Assembly: GCA_949295285.1 (NCBI GenBank)
Contig: CASFKI010000022.1
Location: forward strand, 1-42,442
DNA: 42,442 bases
Source of the DNA: an uncultured bacterium
Lineage (GTDB): Bacteria > Bacillota_I > Bacilli_A > RF39 > UBA660
Reading direction: 5' to 3'
Made by a program: the position numbers and the translations under genes. This document shows positions 39,006 to 42,442 of the stretch, piece by piece. The notes under the pieces are model-generated. The model was not told the DNA's origin. It ran no database searches and saw only the letters and a program-made list of their open reading frames with translations. The first letter of the stretch is position 1. Each line of letters begins with the position of its first letter.

Positions 39006-39017
39006 TAGGAGGAATAT

Positions 39018-39383
39018 ATGGCACGTATTAAAAATATTGACTTACCAAAGAATAAGAGAATAGTTGTTGCACTTACTTATATTTATGGTATTGGACCAAC
39101 AAGAGCACAAGAAATTTGTAAATCTGCTAATGTAAGTGAAGATACTAGAACAGATAATTTAACAGTTGATGAGATTAATCGTTTAAGAGCTGAAGCTGAT
39201 AAATATGTTTTAGTTGGAGATTTAAAAAGAGAAGTTGAAATGAATATTAAAACGAAAATGGAGATAAATTCATATCAAGGGACAAGACATAAAAAAGGTT
39301 TGCCAGTAAGAGGACAACATACTAGTAGAAATGCTAGAACTCGTAAAGGTAAAGGCAAGACTATTGCTAATAAGAAGAAATAG
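39018..39383 (+). CDS. rpsM: 30S ribosomal protein S13
   Basis: [16 protein letters not shown]...NARTRKG. Confidence 0.98.
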   Translation: MARIKNIDLPKNKRIVVALTYIYGIGPTRAQEICKSANVSEDTRTDNLTVDEINRLRAEADKYVLVGDLKREVEMNIKTKMEINSYQGTRHKKGLPVRGQHTSRNARTRKGKGKTIANKKK

Positions 39384-39395
39384 GAGGGATAACTT

Positions 39396-39779
39396 ATGGC
39401 TTATAATAGAAGAAAAAGAAAAGCAAAGAGAGATATAACTGAAGGACAAGCACATATTCACTCTACATTTAATAATACTATTGTTACTATTACTGATAAT
39501 AATGGCGGCGTAATAAGTTGGGCTTCTTCAGGAACTGTAGGATTTAAAGGTAGTAAAAAGAAAACTCCATTTGCTGCAGGTATGAGTGCTGAGGCTGCTG
39601 GAAAAGCTGCTTATGATAGTGGAATTAGAAAAGTAGAAGTTTTTGTTAAAGGTATCGGTGGTGGCCGTGAAACAGCTATTAGAAGTTTACAAACTGCTGG
39701 ACTTGAAATTACATCAATTAGTGATGTAACACCAATACCACATAATGGTTGTAGACCACCTAAGAGAAGACGTATATAA
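39396..39779 (+). CDS. rpsK: 30S ribosomal protein S11
   Basis: [26 protein letters not shown]. Confidence 0.98.
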   Translation: MAYNRRKRKAKRDITEGQAHIHSTFNNTIVTITDNNGGVISWASSGTVGFKGSKKKTPFAAGMSAEAAGKAAYDSGIRKVEVFVKGIGGGRETAIRSLQTAGLEITSISDVTPIPHNGCRPPKRRRI

Positions 39780-39801
39780 CAAAAGGAAGGGGAATAATAT
39801 C

Positions 39802-40749
39802 ATGTTACAATTTATTAAACCAGATTATAAAGTTAACGAATATGTAGAAAGTAATTATTTTGGAAAATTTGTTTTAGAACCACTTGAAAGAGGATTTGGA
39901 ACAACAATTGGTAATGCTCTTAGAAGAGTTATGTTATCTAGTTTAGAAGGTAGTGCTATTACTGATATTAAAATTGAAGGAGTAATGCATGAATTTCAAA
40001 AAATAGATGGTGTAATTGAAGATGTTACTGAAATAATTCTTAATTTAAAAAAATTAGTATTAAAAAATCATAGTGATGAAGTTCAAACTTTACATTTAAA
40101 AGCTGATAAAGAAGGAGAAGTGTATGCATCTGCAATAGATAAAAATGCTGAAGTTGAAATAATCAATCCAGATTTATTAATTGCAACATTATCAGCGGGT
40201 GGAAATTTGGATATGACTATGAGAGTATCTAATGGACGTGGATATGTAGATGGTAAAGAAAATGCCAAAGCAGTTGCTGATGTAGTAGGTGCTATTGGTA
40301 TTGATTCTTTATATAGTCCAATTGAAAGAGTAAGTTATGAAGTTGAAAGTGCTCGTGTTGGACAAAGCGATAACTATGATAAATTAACTTTAAATGTATG
40401 GACAAATGGTAGTGTTAAACCAGAAGAAGCAGTTGCTAGTGCTGCTAAAATAATTATCGATCACTTTGAAGTAATAACAGATTTACATAATTTGACTGGA
40501 TTCGAAAGTGTTCTTGCTGATAAAGAAGAGGATTCTGTTCAAAAGACATTAGAAACTCCAATTGAAGAATTAGATTTATCAGTTAGAGCTTATAATTGTT
40601 TAAAAAGAGATGCTATTCATACATTGCAAGATTTAACTCAAAAGAGTGAATCAGAAATGATGAAAATTAGAAACTTAGGTAAAAAATCATTAAAAGAAGT
40701 AATGGATAAAGTAAGAGAAATGGGACTTAAGTTCCGTGATGAAGATTAG
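39802..40749 (+). CDS. rpoA: RNA polymerase alpha subunit
   Basis: EPLERGFG.T.GNALRR, LSVRAYNCLKR, NLGKKSL. Likely start is ATG 39802 after a purine-rich RBS (ORF track starts at 39745). Confidence 0.98.
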   Translation: MLQFIKPDYKVNEYVESNYFGKFVLEPLERGFGTTIGNALRRVMLSSLEGSAITDIKIEGVMHEFQKIDGVIEDVTEIILNLKKLVLKNHSDEVQTLHLKADKEGEVYASAIDKNAEVEIINPDLLIATLSAGGNLDMTMRVSNGRGYVDGKENAKAVADVVGAIGIDSLYSPIERVSYEVESARVGQSDNYDKLTLNVWTNGSVKPEEAVASAAKIIIDHFEVITDLHNLTGFESVLADKEEDSVQKTLETPIEELDLSVRAYNCLKRDAIHTLQDLTQKSESEMMKIRNLGKKSLKEVMDKVREMGLKFRDED

Positions 40750-40758
40750 GAGGTAAGG

Positions 40759-41103
40759 ATGGCATTATATAGAAAATTAAATAGAGAAACTCGTATTAGA
40801 AGAAGCATTCTTTCTAGTTTAACTAAAGATGTTCTTGGAAATGGATATGTACAAACTACTCAAGAAAGAGCTAAAGAAGTTCGAAAATTTGTTGAAAAAA
40901 TGATTACATATGCTAAAAAAGGTGATTTAACTTCTAGAAGAAAAGCACTTGCTTTCTTAAATAATGATACAGAATTAGTTAAAAAATTATTTGATGAATA
41001 CGCTGTTACATATAAAGATAGAAAAGGTGGATATACAAGAATAATTAAATTAAAGGAAAGAATTGGAGACGATGCTTTAATAGTTCGTTTAGAGCTTGTA
41101 TAA
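40759..41103 (+). CDS. rplQ: 50S ribosomal protein L17
   Basis: RKL.R, TT..RAKE, R.GGYTRI.K..R.GD. Confidence 0.97.
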   Translation: MALYRKLNRETRIRRSILSSLTKDVLGNGYVQTTQERAKEVRKFVEKMITYAKKGDLTSRRKALAFLNNDTELVKKLFDEYAVTYKDRKGGYTRIIKLKERIGDDALIVRLELV

Positions 41104-41120
41104 AAGCATGCAATTATATT

Positions 41121-41148
41121 AAAATCCGTTAAAACGGATTTTTTTTTT
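41121..41148 (+). terminator. strong intrinsic terminator ending the ribosomal superoperon
   Basis: AAAATCCGTT-AA-AACGGATTTT followed by a long T run. Confidence 0.88.
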
Positions 41149-41164
41149 AATCAAAAAATATACA

Positions 41165-41173
41165 TGTTATAAT
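41165..41173 (+). promoter_or_regulatory. extended -10 promoter of the pilin-like gene
   Basis: TGTTATAAT upstream of RBS AAGGTGG and ATG 41212. Confidence 0.5.
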
Positions 41174-41211
41174 TGTATTGTAGTAATAATAAGAAAGGTG
41201 GGTATGTCAAA

Positions 41212-42399
41212 ATGAATAAGAATGGTTTTACACTTATTGAATTATTAGCAGTAATATCAATATTAGCAATATTAGTGGTAATAGCAATGCCAAATGTGCT
41301 GCAGATATATAATGATTCAAAAAAGAACACATTTGTAATAGAATCACAAGAGATATTAAAACAAGCAATATCAAATTTTATATCAGATTCAATAGGAGAT
41401 TTAAGTTCTACTATAATATATACAACAGAAGCCTTTATATAGATGAAGAAGGGAAATATATATACACAAATGAAGATCCAGGAGAAGTAGAATATTATAA
41501 AGAAAGACTATTAAATCTTGAAGGAAATAAATCTTATACATTATTTTTAGATTCTAACGGAAATATAATAAGAGCAAAAATATGGGATAATAATTTTTGT
41601 TATAGTGATGAAAATCTTGATGGTATAGATTATTCAATGGTAGATGTAAATAGAATAAAAGAAGGACCTTGTTCAAATGACTCTAATAATATAGTAAGCG
41701 TTGAACAAAAAACATTTGCAGAAGATTCATGGGAAACAATAGCAAATGCCATAAAAGCTGGAAAAGCGACAGCATATGAAGTGGGGGGATAAAAAAGAAA
41801 TAACTATTGATGGATATGGAACACTAACAGTTAGAGTAGCAAATAATACAACACCAAATGAGTGTACAGCAGAAGGTTTTAGTCAAACAGCATGTGGATT
41901 TGTGATTGAATTTGAAGATGTGATAACAACTTATAATATGAATTCAAGCGATACAAATGTAGGTGGATGGAAAGATAGTGAAATGCGATCATAGCTAAAT
42001 ACAACTCTATATAATGCATTGCATAAAGAATTAAAAAAAATTATAAGTGATACACTTGTAATATCAGGACATGGGCCTAATGATACTGATAATTTTACTA
42101 CGATAGATAAAATGTATTTATTATCTACTAAAGAAATATGGGGAAGTGGTATAGCGTTAGAGTATGATACTACTGTTGAAACAAGACAATTAGATTATTA
42201 TAAAAATCTTGGAGTGTCTTCAAATAATTATAATGAATCGAAAAAATATAATTTAAGTGGTAGTTTATCTACATGGTGGTTACGATCAGCCGATTGTGTT
42301 TATAATAATTTTTTTTATATAGTTTATAGTAGTGGTGATTGGAGTTATAGCATTGCTAATAGTAATGATGGAGTATCACCGGCTTTTAGAATTGGTTAA
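41212..42399 (+). pseudogene. disrupted type IV pilin-like protein (class III signal) with C-terminal DUF6273 domain
   Basis: MNKNG/FTLIELLAVI prepilin motif. The reading continues through a -1 shift at about 41436, a +1 shift at G6 41783-41788 and an in-frame TAG 41992-41994, into GGWKDSEMR..LN, DKMYLLS..EI, WWLRS and GVSPAF. The three ORF-track fragments share one frame. Confidence 0.85.
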
Positions 42400-42442
42400 A
42401 TTATAATTTTTATAATTAATGATAAAATAAATATATATTTTA

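Noticed and set aside
39779-39802. Absence of rpsD from the alpha operon
   Set aside because: Normal for Bacilli, where rpsD lies elsewhere.
1316-40268. All short minus-strand ORFs in the track, including the 144-aa ORF at 22711-23145
   Set aside because: They are antisense shadows of well-supported + strand genes, Phe/Leu/Ile/Ser-rich, with no motifs or RBS.
41992-41994. In-frame TAG as stop-codon reassignment or pyrrolysine
   Set aside because: TAG terminates many conserved genes here (glyA, rplW, rpsS, rpoA), and the gene has other lesions.
1-42442. Mycoplasma-type genetic code 4
   Set aside because: TGA ends ftsX, the CotH gene, spo0A, adk and map at the expected positions, and Trp is encoded by TGG.

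Overview
Very AT-rich chromosomal window from a genome-reduced, spo0A-bearing low-GC Firmicute. It is most like the uncultured Bacilli RF39 lineage (inference from gene content). It uses genetic code 11, since TGA acts as a stop, and every real gene lies on the + strand. Gene order: a decayed DUF362-like remnant, CBS-type ppaC, a ferritin-like hypothetical, a lipoprotein with a long disordered tail, glyA, a YitT protein, ftsE-ftsX-M23 peptidase-whiA, a TGS-fused uridine kinase and gap. Next is a six-gene block between gap and pgk (lamin-tail/CotH kinase, VTC polyphosphate-polymerase domain, DUF4956 membrane protein, tandem DUF6273-like protein, NAGPA phosphodiester glycosidase, phage-type dNMP kinase). 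Then come pgk, tpiA-like, spo0A, gpmI-like, a membrane hypothetical, the S10-spc-alpha ribosomal superoperon (no rpmD) and a broken type IV pilin-like/DUF6273 gene. Main highlights: (1) a CotH-VTC-DUF4956 module that may couple polyphosphate synthesis and export to extracellular phosphorylation; (2) TpiA and GpmI are full-length ORFs that have lost their catalytic residues and flank spo0A, while Gap and Pgk look intact; (3) the pilin gene's 3' end has a diversity-generating-retroelement (DGR) variable-region signature; (4) the rpsJ leader has a WhiA-type site. All family calls come from motif recognition by eye; no searches were run.
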